Assembly (NCBI GenBank): GCA_934667425.1
Contig: CAKULV010000010.1
Coordinates: 2,297-66,296, forward strand
Direction: 5' to 3'
Source: an uncultured Kiritimatiellota bacterium
Lineage (GTDB): Bacteria; Verrucomicrobiota; Kiritimatiellia; RFP12; UBA1067
DNA length: 64,000 nt
Shown: positions 1 through 10,455 of the stretch, piece after piece
How positions within the stretch are numbered: position 1 is the first letter of the stretch
Layout of the letters: each line of letters opens with the position of its first letter
Made by a program: the position numbers and the translations under genes
Notes under the pieces: generated by a model
The model's database searches: none
Seen by the model: only the letters and a program-made list of their open reading frames with translations
Told to the model about the DNA's origin: nothing

Positions 1-1
1 T

Positions 2-394
2 TTGAGCTACGAGGTCTCTCGTGAGAGGCCGGGCTTTGATTGGAAGGCATGCGAAGAAGACATCCGAAGAGATTTGCAACGGGTTTGGTGCGTGTTGCCA
101 ATCCAGTCCAATGAGCGTGTTCGGGTTCAGTCCGGGGCTTTCTTGCTCTTTGGCTGTGGGGACAGAAAGCAGATTCTGAGGCCGAGTTTCAGTGAAGGCG
201 ACTTTGAAATCGAGACTCCATCAAAAGGGATTGCGAGGGTCGGTTATGTTGCAATCAAGGGAAATCGCAAGAAGGCGATTGCGAAAGAGTTGGGCGACTA
301 TGTGGCAATGGCTCGTCATCAGTATTATCCTGAGCTACCGACATATGCGCGGTCTTTTCAGAACGAACTTGAAAACAAAACAAAGGAGGATTAA
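2..394 (+). CDS. 3' part of a gene entering from upstream; tentative FRG-domain-like protein (C-terminal half)
   Basis: Frame is open from the window edge to TAA at 392-394. The motif ..SNERVRVQSGAFLLFG.. resembles the N-x-R-x3-Q-x-G-x-F block I recall from FRG-domain proteins. The segment looks AT-richer than the rest of the window. Family call is from memory only. Confidence 0.45.
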   Translation: MSYEVSRERPGFDWKACEEDIRRDLQRVWCVLPIQSNERVRVQSGAFLLFGCGDRKQILRPSFSEGDFEIETPSKGIARVGYVAIKGNRKKAIAKELGDYVAMARHQYYPELPTYARSFQNELENKTKED

Positions 395-395
395 G

Positions 396-683
396 ATGTA
401 TTCCATCAGTTGTTATATTGACAAAGTGATAGTGACGGAAAAAGGTATTGAATCAATCGCGATTAAACCGACAGGGCGTAGTCGTGTGGATGGGGTGGAT
501 AAGCGTTGTCTCGGATTTGATTGCGGGAATGATCAGGTCTCGTGGTTCCCTCTCGAATTTTCTGTTGGCGAGGGAATGGGTGATGCTGTCTTGATGGCTA
601 GAATGCACGGGAAAGAAATTGAGTTGAAGATTGAGAAAACGGAGGGACAGACAGAGACAACGGTTAAGACAGTTGCTATATGA
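396..683 (+). CDS. small hypothetical protein (95 aa), tightly coupled to the upstream gene
   Basis: ATG at 396 sits 1 nt after the upstream TAA and follows AAGGAGGA (384-391). The track ORF 192..683 is trimmed to this start. No recognisable motif. Confidence 0.5.
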   Translation: MYSISCYIDKVIVTEKGIESIAIKPTGRSRVDGVDKRCLGFDCGNDQVSWFPLEFSVGEGMGDAVLMARMHGKEIELKIEKTEGQTETTVKTVAI

Positions 684-704
684 GTTGGTTAAAAGAGGAA
701 TCAT

Positions 705-1016
705 ATGCGAATAATGAAAGTCGTTGAGCGCATTCTTTTCGGCGTGAATTGCCTGCTGTGGGGCATTTTCGCGTTAGACATCCTCGATCCGGGAGCGGGG
801 GATTGCCATTGTTTTGATTTCTCGAAAGACGAGTGCTTTTGGGAGATGGCCGTCTATGGCCTTACGGCGGCCTGGCTGGTCGCAGGCGGGATCGTCGGGC
901 GCGGCATTTTGGGGCGTTGGGGAAAGTGGACGTGCGCCGTTGAAAGACTGGCGAGGGTGGCTTTGGCGCGTCCTGACGGTCGGATGGCTATGGCTCGGCG
1001 TGATGGCGGGCTATGA
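705..1016 (+). CDS. hypothetical small membrane protein (about 2 TM segments)
   Basis: AAGAGGAA SD lies 5 nt before ATG 705. Hydrophobic stretches ILFGVNCLLWGIFAL and VYGLTAAWLVAGGIVG are present. Competing ORFs 814..1092 (+) and 854..1060 (-) lack an SD. Confidence 0.4.
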   Translation: MRIMKVVERILFGVNCLLWGIFALDILDPGAGDCHCFDFSKDECFWEMAVYGLTAAWLVAGGIVGRGILGRWGKWTCAVERLARVALARPDGRMAMARRDGGL

Positions 1017-1137
1017 GAACGGGAAATATGGAGGAGCTTCTGGCCCTCGTGTCCTAACAATGCCTTGCCCTTTCGATCCGCCTGGAGTTTAGTTGTGGCT
1101 AATAAAAACGAATGGGATTCAGAATGCCATTCGGATT

Positions 1138-1146
1138 ATGGTATAA
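1138..1146 (+). promoter_or_regulatory. extended -10 box TGGTATAAT upstream of glgP
   Basis: TGGTATAAT lies 35 nt upstream of the glgP ATG. TTCAGA sits at the -35 position with a 17-nt spacer. Confidence 0.35.
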
Positions 1147-1181
1147 TATGCGCCCAACGGAACTAAAAAGGCTATAAACGA

Positions 1182-3644
1182 ATGAATGACGGGAAGTTGA
1201 GTTCGGGACGCGTGGAGATGAGCGTCGCTGGATTGCAGGAAGACTATTCGCACTATCTCAGGTATACGCTGGCCAAGGATGAGCACACCGCAACGGCCCG
1301 GGATCGCTACATGGCGTTTGCCTTTGCCATTCGCGACAGGATCACCGAGCGCTGGATGGAGACGCAGGCGGAGTACCATCGCCAGAACGCAAAGTACGTG
1401 TACTACCTTTCTCTTGAGTTCCTGATAGGCCGGCTTCTCGGCAACAACGTCATCAACCTCAAGGCCGACCAGCTCTGCCGGGATGCGTTGAGGGCATTCG
1501 GGCTCGACTGGAACACGCTGCGGGATTTCGAGATGGATGCCGGGCTTGGCAATGGCGGATTGGGGCGGCTTGCCGCATGCTACCTCGATTCGATGTCCAC
1601 GCTGGACTTGGCCGCGATGGGGTACGGCATCCGCTACGACTACGGCATTTTCCGCCAGCGCATAGTGGACGGGCAGCAGGTCGAGGAGCCGGACCATTGG
1701 CTCAAGGATGGGTATCCGTGGGAGATTGCCCGTCCCGAATACGCGCAGACCGTTTCGTTCGGCGGCCATGTCGATTGCACAAAGGGCGAGGATGGCGCGC
1801 TAAAGTGGGAGTGGAAGCCGGATTCCACGGTTCAGGGCGTACCGTACGATCTTCCGATCGTCGGCTACAACCATGCGGTGAACACCCTGCGGCTCTGGAG
1901 CGCGCGCGCACTCGACGAGTTTGACCTTGCGGACTTCAACCAGGGGTCGTATGTCGCCGCGGTCGAGACCAAGGTCCTGGCCGAGAACCTCACGAAGGTA
2001 CTCTACCCGAACGACAACACCATGGCCGGGAAGGAACTGCGGCTCAAGCAGCAGTACTTCTTCGTCGCGTGTTCCCTGAGGGACATACTGCGCCGTTTCC
2101 GCCAGAGCAACGACAGCTGGGACGCGCTTCCCGAAAAGGCGTTCATCCACCTGAACGAGACGCATCCGGCGCTCGTCATCCCCGAGCTCATGCGAATCCT
2201 CGTGGACGAGGAGGGCCTCGAGTGGAACCGGGCGTGGGACATAACGCGCAGATCAACCGGCTACACGAACCACACGATTCTGCCGGAGGCGCTTGAGAAG
2301 TGGTCGGTGCGCATGATGGAGACGCTGCTTCCGCGGCACCTCCAGATAATCTACGAGATCAACAGCCGCTTCCTCAAGGAGCTTGTGGGCAAGATTCCGG
2401 TAGACCAGGATCGCATAGCGCGCATGTCGCTCATCGACGAACACGGCGAGCGGTACGTGCGGATGGCGAACATGTGCATAGTGGGCTCGTCCTCGACCAA
2501 CGGGGTCGCCAAGCTTCACAGCGAGATCCTGAAGAAATCCCTTTTCAAGGACTTCTACGAGCTCTATCCGGAACGGTTCACGAACGTAACGAACGGGATC
2601 ACGCCGCGCCGCTGGCTCCTTAAGGCCAACCCGTCGCTCTCCCAGCTCATATCCGAGACGATCGGCACGGAGTGGATCACGCACCTTGAAGACCTGCGGA
2701 TGCTGGAGCAGCACGGGGACGACGAGGATTTCCTGTGCGCCCTGGAGAAGATCAAGGGATCGAACAAGCGTTCGCTCGCGAGATACGTAAAGGAGTGCCT
2801 GGGCGAGATCATCGACCCCAACACGCTTTTCGACGTGCAGGTCAAGCGTCTGCACGAATACAAGCGCCAGCTGATGCTGGCACTGTACATCATAATGCGC
2901 TACAACCGCATCGTGTCCGACCCTTCGTACAACCCGGTTCCGCGCACGTTCATATTTGCGGCGAAGGCCGCGCCGGGCTATTGGATGGCGAAGCTCATAA
3001 TCCGCTTCATCCACGACCTCGCAAAGCTTGTGAATGGCGATCCGCGCACGCGGGGGCTCATAAAGGTCGTGTTCCTGCCGGACTATCGCGTATCGCTCGC
3101 GGAGCGCATAATGCCGGCGGCGGAGCTGTCCGAACAGATATCGCTCGCGGGCATGGAGGCCTCCGGCACCGGCAACATGAAGTTCATGATAAACGGCGCA
3201 TTGACGATAGGCACGTATGACGGGGCGAACGTTGAGATACACGAGCAGGTCGGCGACGACAACATGTTCCTCTTCGGGATGCGAGCCGAGGACGTTGCGA
3301 GACTGAGGCCATCCTACAACGCGCGCGAGTGCGCGGACAAGGATCCGGAGATAGGCGAAGCCCTGCGCTTCGTGAAGAGTGGCGTGATCTCTCCGGGCGA
3401 TCCGTCCCGCTACGAGCCGATCCTCAGGTCTCTTCTGGACTACAACGACTACTACATGCTCATAGCGGACTTGAGGTCGTATGCCGACACCCACGACAAG
3501 GTTGACGCCACGTATCTCGACCGGGGCAAGTGGAACCACATGTCGCTTGTGAACATGGCCCGCAGCGGATTCTTCAGTTCAGACCGCGCCGTCGCGGAAT
3601 ACGCGCGAAACATCTGGCATGTCGCTCCCGTGATGTTTGGCTGA
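1182..3644 (+). CDS. glgP: alpha-glucan (glycogen/maltodextrin) phosphorylase, GT35
   Basis: 820 aa. PLP-site signature EASGTGNMKFMINGALTIGTYDGANVEI is present. N-terminal LEFLIGRLLGNN and GLGNGGLGRLAAC blocks are typical of phosphorylases. Confidence 0.95.
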   Translation: MNDGKLSSGRVEMSVAGLQEDYSHYLRYTLAKDEHTATARDRYMAFAFAIRDRITERWMETQAEYHRQNAKYVYYLSLEFLIGRLLGNNVINLKADQLCRDALRAFGLDWNTLRDFEMDAGLGNGGLGRLAACYLDSMSTLDLAAMGYGIRYDYGIFRQRIVDGQQVEEPDHWLKDGYPWEIARPEYAQTVSFGGHVDCTKGEDGALKWEWKPDSTVQGVPYDLPIVGYNHAVNTLRLWSARALDEFDLADFNQGSYVAAVETKVLAENLTKVLYPNDNTMAGKELRLKQQYFFVACSLRDILRRFRQSNDSWDALPEKAFIHLNETHPALVIPELMRILVDEEGLEWNRAWDITRRSTGYTNHTILPEALEKWSVRMMETLLPRHLQIIYEINSRFLKELVGKIPVDQDRIARMSLIDEHGERYVRMANMCIVGSSSTNGVAKLHSEILKKSLFKDFYELYPERFTNVTNGITPRRWLLKANPSLSQLISETIGTEWITHLEDLRMLEQHGDDEDFLCALEKIKGSNKRSLARYVKECLGEIIDPNTLFDVQVKRLHEYKRQLMLALYIIMRYNRIVSDPSYNPVPRTFIFAAKAAPGYWMAKLIIRFIHDLAKLVNGDPRTRGLIKVVFLPDYRVSLAERIMPAAELSEQISLAGMEASGTGNMKFMINGALTIGTYDGANVEIHEQVGDDNMFLFGMRAEDVARLRPSYNARECADKDPEIGEALRFVKSGVISPGDPSRYEPILRSLLDYNDYYMLIADLRSYADTHDKVDATYLDRGKWNHMSLVNMARSGFFSSDRAVAEYARNIWHVAPVMFG

Positions 3645-3694
3645 GGCCTGCGAGGCTGTTGCCTGATGGACGAGATCAAAGGAAAAGGGGAAGG

Positions 3695-6085
3695 ATGATG
3701 AGAGGTTTCATTGCAATGGCCGCCATTGCGGCCGCGACCATGCAGTTGGGCGCAGCCAAGGTGGTGAGCGTTTCCGCGCGCAGCACTACCGCCGATGACG
3801 CCGATGTGTCGGCGGTCACGTCGAGGTGCGAGGTGAAGCCGGGATCGGAGTACGATCCTGCCGCCTGCGCGAGGGACGTCAAGGCCTTGAGGGATTCCGC
3901 CGAATACGAGGACATAACGGTGGAGGCAAAGCATACGGACAACGGCATCAGCGTAGTGTACGTGGTGACGCCGAAGCCCCGCTACCACGGTCCGCTGAAC
4001 TGCAAGGGCAACGAATACTGGAATGCGTCCAAGATTGCGAAGTACGCCGACCTCAAGGACGGATACGCCTACGGGGAGGCGGATATCGCGGCGGCGGCGA
4101 ACAGGATACGCGACGAGTATCGCAAGAAGCAGTTCCCGGACGTCAAGGTGACGCCTGAAGTCGAAAAGCTCCCTTCGGGAGGCGGCATTTCGGTGACGAT
4201 GGTCATAGACGAGGGCGTCCGCAGCAAGATCAAGTCCTACACGTTCGAGGGCAACGAACACGTCGAGGCGGATGCGCTGCGCGAGTCCTTCGGCTGGTAT
4301 CCGTGGTGGAATCCGATCGGCTGGTTTACGGACGAGCCGGTTACGAAGCAGGATCTTGCGGAGGCTGCGGAGAAGATTGCGGCGCATTACCGCAATCTCG
4401 GATACCTCGACGTTTCGGTGGGCGAGGCCGAGCGTGTGCCACGCGAGGATGGAGAGTCGGCGGACATACGCTTCAAGATAGTGGAAGGGCCGTGCTACCG
4501 GGTGAATTCCATTTCCGTGACCGGGGTGAAGACGTATCCAGAGGCGGCGGTTCTCGCGTCCGTAAAGGCCGTCTCGAGCGGGGACGTGGCCGGAGAGGCC
4601 ACCTTGAAGTCGGCTGCAAGGGAGATCGAGGTGTTCTGCGGGTCGGGGGACAAGCCGCTCGCGGATACGCACGTAGAGACCGTATGGGTGCCGGCGAAGG
4701 ATGGCGCGGACGGGCTCGACATAGTGTTCAAGGTGACGGAAGGCGTTCCTGTGACGATTGACCGGGTGCTCGTTCGCGGCAACGACTACACGAAGGACAA
4801 GGTGATCCGCCGGGAGATCTCTCTCTCCCCGGGCGATCCGATGATCGAGGACAAGGCCGAACAGTCCAAGCGCCGCCTTGAGAACCTGCGGTATTTCGAC
4901 CGGGTCAGGTTCTATCTCGAACGCAAGAGCAACGTCGAGGCGAAGCCCGGCGAACCGGAGTTGAGGGATCTCGTGTACGAGGTCTCGGAGAAGAACACGG
5001 GACAGTTCATGATCGGCATTGGCGCATCTAGCGTTGATTCCGTGTACGGCACGGTGGAGCTTTCGGAATCGAACTTCGACCTGTTCAACCCCTGGCGTTT
5101 CCGCGGCGCCGGGCAGAAGGGCCGCATCCTCCTGCAGGCCGGTCCGCGCTACCAGTCGTACGAGGCGTCGGTCACCGAACCGCATCTCTTCGACCGGCTT
5201 CTTGAGCTGACCGTGGAGGGGTATCGTCGCCAGCGCTGGTACGACGACTACGACATAATCCGCAACGGCGCCGCCGTGACGCTCTCGTATCCGGTCAAGT
5301 TCTGGCCGACGGCGAAGACGATGGGGCGTCTCGGTTTCCGCCTCGGGGCCGAATTCATCGAGTTCGACGATGTGGAGAGCGACCAGTACTTCCTCGACAA
5401 GGGTTTTGGATCGCACCGCAAGGGCGACTACGGCCCTGTCTTCAAGTGGCAGGAAGACGAGTACGGCGACAACTGGGAGATGCCGTTCAGGATATTCTGG
5501 GAGGACGACACACGCGACAGCTTCAGGTTCGCGACGCGCGGTCATCGCGTATCCGTGTACGGCGACCTTGTCGGCGGCGACAACAACTACTGGAAGGTGG
5601 GATTCAACTTCCGCAAGTACTACACGATTTGGAAGCGCTTCAACCACGTGCTTGCGATAGGGCTTCGCGGAGACACGGTCGATACGTTCTCCGACGAGCT
5701 GCCGATCTACGACAAGCTGTTCCTCGGCGGTCCGCGCACGATCCGCGGCGTGGAGTACCGCGACATCGCCCCCCGCGTGTGGAGGCAGGCCGGCAAGAAG
5801 GGCAGCTACGCCGCCTGGGGCGGCCAGACGAGCTGGTGCCTGAATGCCGAGTATGCGGTGCCGGTGGTGAAGTACGTGCGCGTCGCGGCATTCACCGATC
5901 TTGGATCAGTCGGCGAAGACGAATTCGACTTCAGCACAGACTACTTCTGCTGGTCTGTCGGCCTGGGCCTGCGCCTGGACATAGAGAGCTTCCCGATCCG
6001 GCTCGATTTCGCGGTTCCCGTGGTTGAACCCGACGATGATGTGGACAAGGAATGCTTCTCGTTCACGATCGGCTACGATTTCTGA
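3695..6085 (+). CDS. bamA: outer membrane protein assembly factor BamA (Omp85 family)
   Basis: Track ORF 3530..6085 is trimmed to ATG 3695, which follows a purine-rich GGAAAAGGGGAAGG tract and gives the signal peptide MMRGFIAMAAIAAATMQLGAA. POTRA-like repeats are present (e.g. RVLVRGNDYTKDKVIRREI). The C-terminal barrel ends ..FSFTIGYDF. An OmpH/Skp gene follows directly. Confidence 0.9.
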   Translation: MMRGFIAMAAIAAATMQLGAAKVVSVSARSTTADDADVSAVTSRCEVKPGSEYDPAACARDVKALRDSAEYEDITVEAKHTDNGISVVYVVTPKPRYHGPLNCKGNEYWNASKIAKYADLKDGYAYGEADIAAAANRIRDEYRKKQFPDVKVTPEVEKLPSGGGISVTMVIDEGVRSKIKSYTFEGNEHVEADALRESFGWYPWWNPIGWFTDEPVTKQDLAEAAEKIAAHYRNLGYLDVSVGEAERVPREDGESADIRFKIVEGPCYRVNSISVTGVKTYPEAAVLASVKAVSSGDVAGEATLKSAAREIEVFCGSGDKPLADTHVETVWVPAKDGADGLDIVFKVTEGVPVTIDRVLVRGNDYTKDKVIRREISLSPGDPMIEDKAEQSKRRLENLRYFDRVRFYLERKSNVEAKPGEPELRDLVYEVSEKNTGQFMIGIGASSVDSVYGTVELSESNFDLFNPWRFRGAGQKGRILLQAGPRYQSYEASVTEPHLFDRLLELTVEGYRRQRWYDDYDIIRNGAAVTLSYPVKFWPTAKTMGRLGFRLGAEFIEFDDVESDQYFLDKGFGSHRKGDYGPVFKWQEDEYGDNWEMPFRIFWEDDTRDSFRFATRGHRVSVYGDLVGGDNNYWKVGFNFRKYYTIWKRFNHVLAIGLRGDTVDTFSDELPIYDKLFLGGPRTIRGVEYRDIAPRVWRQAGKKGSYAAWGGQTSWCLNAEYAVPVVKYVRVAAFTDLGSVGEDEFDFSTDYFCWSVGLGLRLDIESFPIRLDFAVPVVEPDDDVDKECFSFTIGYDF

Positions 6086-6142
6086 ACGCTCTAGGTCAGA
6101 TGCACCAAAGGACAAACGGTTTAGATTACAATTGGAGCAGAT

Positions 6143-6688
6143 ATGAAGAAGTTAATAGCATGCACTTGCATCGCCCTCGCAATGGTTGCCGGGGCGGAAA
6201 TGAAACTTGGGGTCGTCAACCTTGAGGTGCTGATAAAGAACCATCCGAGCCACGCCTCGAACAAGACGCTCGTTAAATCGACCGCAGACGACTACCGCAA
6301 GAAGATGGAGACCCATCAGGAGCAGATGAAAAGCCTGATGGAAGAAGGGGCCAAGGTGCAGTCCGACAGCAGGAATCCGATGCTCAGCGCAGGCGCGAAG
6401 GCTGATCTCCAGAAGAAGTGGGAAGGCATTCAGCGCAAGGCCTATGCCGCACAGCAGGAGATGCGGGCGGACGACCAGCGCTTCCAGGAGGAGCTTGCCG
6501 ACCTTCAGCAGAGACTGTTCAAGATCGAGAAGAGGGATGTCGAGGCGAAGATCGGCGAGTTCGCAAAGTCCGAGGGCTACGACCTGATAGTGGATATCGC
6601 GGCCTGCGGATTCGCGAAGCCAGAACTTGAAGTCACCGATGCCGTCCTGAAGCGGATGGGCGTCGATCCCGCCAAGAAGGCCGAATAG
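6143..6688 (+). CDS. skp: OmpH/Skp-family periplasmic chaperone
   Basis: Signal peptide MKKLIACTCIALAMVAGA followed by KLGVVNLEVLIKNHP. Body is lysine/glutamate-rich coiled-coil. Position immediately after bamA fits. Confidence 0.8.
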   Translation: MKKLIACTCIALAMVAGAEMKLGVVNLEVLIKNHPSHASNKTLVKSTADDYRKKMETHQEQMKSLMEEGAKVQSDSRNPMLSAGAKADLQKKWEGIQRKAYAAQQEMRADDQRFQEELADLQQRLFKIEKRDVEAKIGEFAKSEGYDLIVDIAACGFAKPELEVTDAVLKRMGVDPAKKAE

Positions 6689-7855
<1,167 letters not shown>

Positions 7856-7877
7856 AAACAACAAAGGAATACGAAAC

Positions 7878-8228
7878 ATGAACTCACTTGTTCTTTTTGC
7901 GCAGGCCGCACAGGAAGCGGCGAAGCCAACGGCCCAGCAGGGCGGCGGAATGGGCATGCTTGTGCCGATGCTGCTCATATTCGCGATCTTCTACTTCATG
8001 ATGATACGTCCGCAGCAGCGCAAGGAGAAGGAGCGCCGCAAGATGATCGAGGAGCTTCGCGCGGGCGCGAGAGTCGTCTTCGCGGGCGGTCTCATAGGCA
8101 CAATCAAGGAGTGCAGGGAAAAGACGTTCCTCATCGAGATTGCCTCGGGAGTGTCGGTCGAGGTCGCCCGGTCTTCCGTTGCCGGTTTGGCCGACGACGG
8201 CGCCAAGACTGAATCCTCAGCCAAGTGA
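7878..8228 (+). CDS. yajC: preprotein translocase subunit YajC
   Basis: Motif LIFAIFYFMMIRPQQRKEKERRKMIEEL is present. tgt-yajC synteny fits. Confidence 0.9.
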   Translation: MNSLVLFAQAAQEAAKPTAQQGGGMGMLVPMLLIFAIFYFMMIRPQQRKEKERRKMIEELRAGARVVFAGGLIGTIKECREKTFLIEIASGVSVEVARSSVAGLADDGAKTESSAK

Positions 8229-8231
8229 CCG

Positions 8232-9182
8232 ATGGGGTTCGAGCGGAGAAAGTTCCGTTCGATCGGTCCCGACTCGCACCTGCTCGGAACGGTGATCGAA
8301 TACAACAGCAACCGCGATGGCGACCCGTCTGGCGGGTGGAAGTGGGCCGTGTGCGCCGTGCTTGCCGTTGCGGTGCTGGTGTCGTTCACATCGGCACGCG
8401 GATGCTTCAGGCGAAAGGGCGGCGATGACGTCCGTACGCCAGTGCCGCCGGGTGTCGTTTCGCAGGCACTGGCGGTTCCGGCATCGGACGGAAGTGCCGG
8501 TGGTGGAGAATCGCAGAGGGGCAATCCCGTCCATGTACAGCTGTCTGCGGCGGCAAGGCAGGCCGAGTCGTGGGCGCGAAACGCTTCCGGGCGTCCGCAG
8601 CTTGAGCGGACGCTGCTGATGCGTCTGGCGGATGCCGAGCGCCTTGGGGAGCTTGAGATAGCCGTAGATACCATTGAGAAGCTGCGCAAGAAGCCGTCAA
8701 TGGCCGATTTGGACGACAAATTGGCCCGTCGGCTCGGCGCACTGAACATGGAGCGGATACTTTCCGGCAATCCCGTGCCTTGGGTCAAGGAAACCGTCGT
8801 GCGCCGCAACCAGACAGTCCATCGGATAGCCAGGGAACACGGTTCGACCGTCGCGGCGATACGAAGGCTCAACGACCTCCCGCCAGGAGTCGAGCCGGAG
8901 CCGGGGCGCAAGCTGCGCGTACTGGAGTTTCCCCGGGCTGCGCTTGTGGTCCACAAGCAGACGCGCTATGCGGATCTGTCGCTTGGCGGCAAGCTGTTCA
9001 AGAGGTACTACGTCACGACGAAGTCCGGCTGCGCCCCCGGTGCATATCCCATAACAAGCAAGACCGACGAGGGGCCGCGCTCGCGTTTTGCCTCCCTTGG
9101 CATACGAATCGCGCCGGTTGACCTGCTTGAGCTTGACATGTTCCTCGCGCCTGGCTCGCTTCTCACGGTGTCAGAAATGTAG
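8232..9182 (+). CDS. membrane-anchored LysM domain protein
   Basis: One TM segment (WAVCAVLAVAVLVSF). A LysM-like block reads VVRRNQTVHRIAREHGSTVAAIRRLNDLPPGVEPEPGRKLRV. Confidence 0.6.
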   Translation: MGFERRKFRSIGPDSHLLGTVIEYNSNRDGDPSGGWKWAVCAVLAVAVLVSFTSARGCFRRKGGDDVRTPVPPGVVSQALAVPASDGSAGGGESQRGNPVHVQLSAAARQAESWARNASGRPQLERTLLMRLADAERLGELEIAVDTIEKLRKKPSMADLDDKLARRLGALNMERILSGNPVPWVKETVVRRNQTVHRIAREHGSTVAAIRRLNDLPPGVEPEPGRKLRVLEFPRAALVVHKQTRYADLSLGGKLFKRYYVTTKSGCAPGAYPITSKTDEGPRSRFASLGIRIAPVDLLELDMFLAPGSLLTVSEM

Positions 9183-9236
9183 CCCCTTGCGCCTGCCTTG
9201 TCCAAAGGAAACTTTCAACAAAAAGGAGAATGAATT

Positions 9237-10427
9237 ATGTGTACGAGAAAATTGCTTGCGTTCGCACTTGGAACGGCGGTGTGCTACGCTTCATCGGCCG
9301 TGGAGAAAAGGCCTGTTGACGTTCCTGAACTGATGACGACATTCGACGGGAGGAAGGTTGAGACGGTGGCGCAATGGGAGAAGGTAAGGGCGCCGGAACT
9401 CCTCGAGGAGTTCACCTCGGTGGAATATGGCCGAAGGCCGGTGGAGCGTCCGGCGGCGCTCTCGTTTGAGGAGGCGGAGCCGGATGCCGTGATGATGGGT
9501 GGCAAGGCGTTGCGCAAGCGCATCCGGGTGGCGTACAAGGGTCCGTATGGCGGAGGGTCTTTCGTGTTCACGGCGTTCATTCCGCGTCAGGACAAGCCAG
9601 TCCCGGCGTTTCTCCTGATATGCAACCGCAACCCAGACGAGAACATCGATCCAACGCGCAACGCCAAGAGCGGGTTCTGGCCGGCGGAGGAAATCGTCGA
9701 TCGCGGCTATGCGGCAATCGCTATCTGGAACGGAGATATCGCGCCAGACAGGAACACAGGCAACACGAAGGGCGTCTTCGCGGCGTTCCGCGACGTGGAG
9801 AGTCCGCAGTCTCCGAAGGACGGATGGGGCACGCTCTCCGCCTGGGCCTGGGGGGCGAGCCGGGTAATGGACTGGATCGAGACGGAGCCGCTTTTGAACG
9901 CAAGCCGCGTTGCCGTTGTCGGACACTCTCGAGGCGGCAAGACGGCGCTTGTGGCGGGCGTATACGACAAGCGGTTCGCCATGGCGTGTTCCAATGATTC
10001 GGGATGCTCGGGGGCGAAGCTGAACCACATCGATCTTCCGGAGTCGGAGCATGTGGTCCAGATCATGCGTTCCTTCCCGTATTGGTTCTGCGCCAACTAC
10101 ACGCAATGCGTGAATTCCGAACTGGACTGGCGCGTCGACCAGCATGAGTTCATCGCGCTCATGGCTCCTCGGCTCGTATGCATAGCCTCCGCCACGGAGG
10201 ACGTGTGGGCAGGGCAGGAGGGCGAATACTTCAGCGGGGTGCTAGCCTCCCCGGCGTGGGAGCTGTACGGCAAGAGGGGATTGGTGTCGGATTCGTTCCC
10301 GTCTGCGGAAACCCCGCTTCAGGAAGGGTGCATATCCTACCACCTGAGGACTGGAAAGCACAACCTCACGCCCTACGATTGGTCTTGCTACATGGATTTT
10401 GCCGATCGCCATGGTTGGCGCAAATGA
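9237..10427 (+). CDS. secreted alpha/beta hydrolase, CE15-like glucuronoyl esterase
   Basis: AAGGAG SD and a signal peptide are present. Nucleophile block VVGHSRGGKTALVAG and downstream DQHEFIALMAPR match what I recall of bacterial CE15 enzymes. Confidence 0.6.
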   Translation: MCTRKLLAFALGTAVCYASSAVEKRPVDVPELMTTFDGRKVETVAQWEKVRAPELLEEFTSVEYGRRPVERPAALSFEEAEPDAVMMGGKALRKRIRVAYKGPYGGGSFVFTAFIPRQDKPVPAFLLICNRNPDENIDPTRNAKSGFWPAEEIVDRGYAAIAIWNGDIAPDRNTGNTKGVFAAFRDVESPQSPKDGWGTLSAWAWGASRVMDWIETEPLLNASRVAVVGHSRGGKTALVAGVYDKRFAMACSNDSGCSGAKLNHIDLPESEHVVQIMRSFPYWFCANYTQCVNSELDWRVDQHEFIALMAPRLVCIASATEDVWAGQEGEYFSGVLASPAWELYGKRGLVSDSFPSAETPLQEGCISYHLRTGKHNLTPYDWSCYMDFADRHGWRK

Positions 10428-10438
10428 TCCGCCGGAAA

Positions 10439-10447
10439 TGGTATAAT
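10439..10447 (+). promoter_or_regulatory. extended -10 box TGGTATAAT, 8 nt upstream of the cysE ATG (leaderless-type)
   Basis: Sequence TGGTATAAT-ACAAACCT-ATG. No SD is possible in the 8-nt gap. Confidence 0.45.
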
Positions 10448-10455
10448 ACAAACCT

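Noticed and set aside
192-683. Long version of the small ORF (163 aa), overlapping the upstream gene by 200 nt.
   Set aside because: The in-frame ATG at 396 sits right after the upstream stop and behind AAGGAGGA. The longer version would require a large out-of-frame overlap.
1119-1769. 216-aa minus-strand ORF overlapping the glgP start and its promoter region.
   Set aside because: It overlaps the well-supported glgP N-terminus in antisense. It shows no motif and has shadow-frame composition.
3530-3694. N-terminal extensions offered by the ORF track for bamA. The same issue applies to 17690 (GHL-like), 28061 (GH31), 33747 (phosphoesterase), 36416 (854-aa protein), 39510 (beta-helix), 49537 (MFS) and 60593 (CBM/PATR protein).
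   Set aside because: In every case a downstream ATG preceded by an SD or a -10 box yields a canonical signal peptide or family N-terminus. The extension either overlaps the neighbouring gene or contains the promoter.
3452-5647. Very long antisense or out-of-frame ORFs. Examples are 731 aa at 3452..5647 (-), 428 aa at 2253..3539 (-), 479 aa at 29283..30722 (+) and 547 aa at 32233..33876 (+). Others are 515 aa at 45002..46549 (+), 517 aa at 53449..55002 (+), 610 aa at 58710..60542 (+) and 456 aa at 50740..52110 (+).
   Set aside because: Each lies entirely opposite or overlapping a gene with clear family motifs (glgP, bamA, purH, tyrS/kduI, glycosidases). Their translations are Arg/Ala/Gly/Pro-rich low-complexity sequence typical of shadow frames in high-GC DNA, and they lack SD or promoter signals.
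8232-9182. L,D-transpeptidase (YkuD) domain in the C-terminal half of the LysM protein (..KSGCAPG..).
   Set aside because: The catalytic H-x(n)-S/R-x-G-C-[IV]-R context is absent, so only the LysM call is retained.
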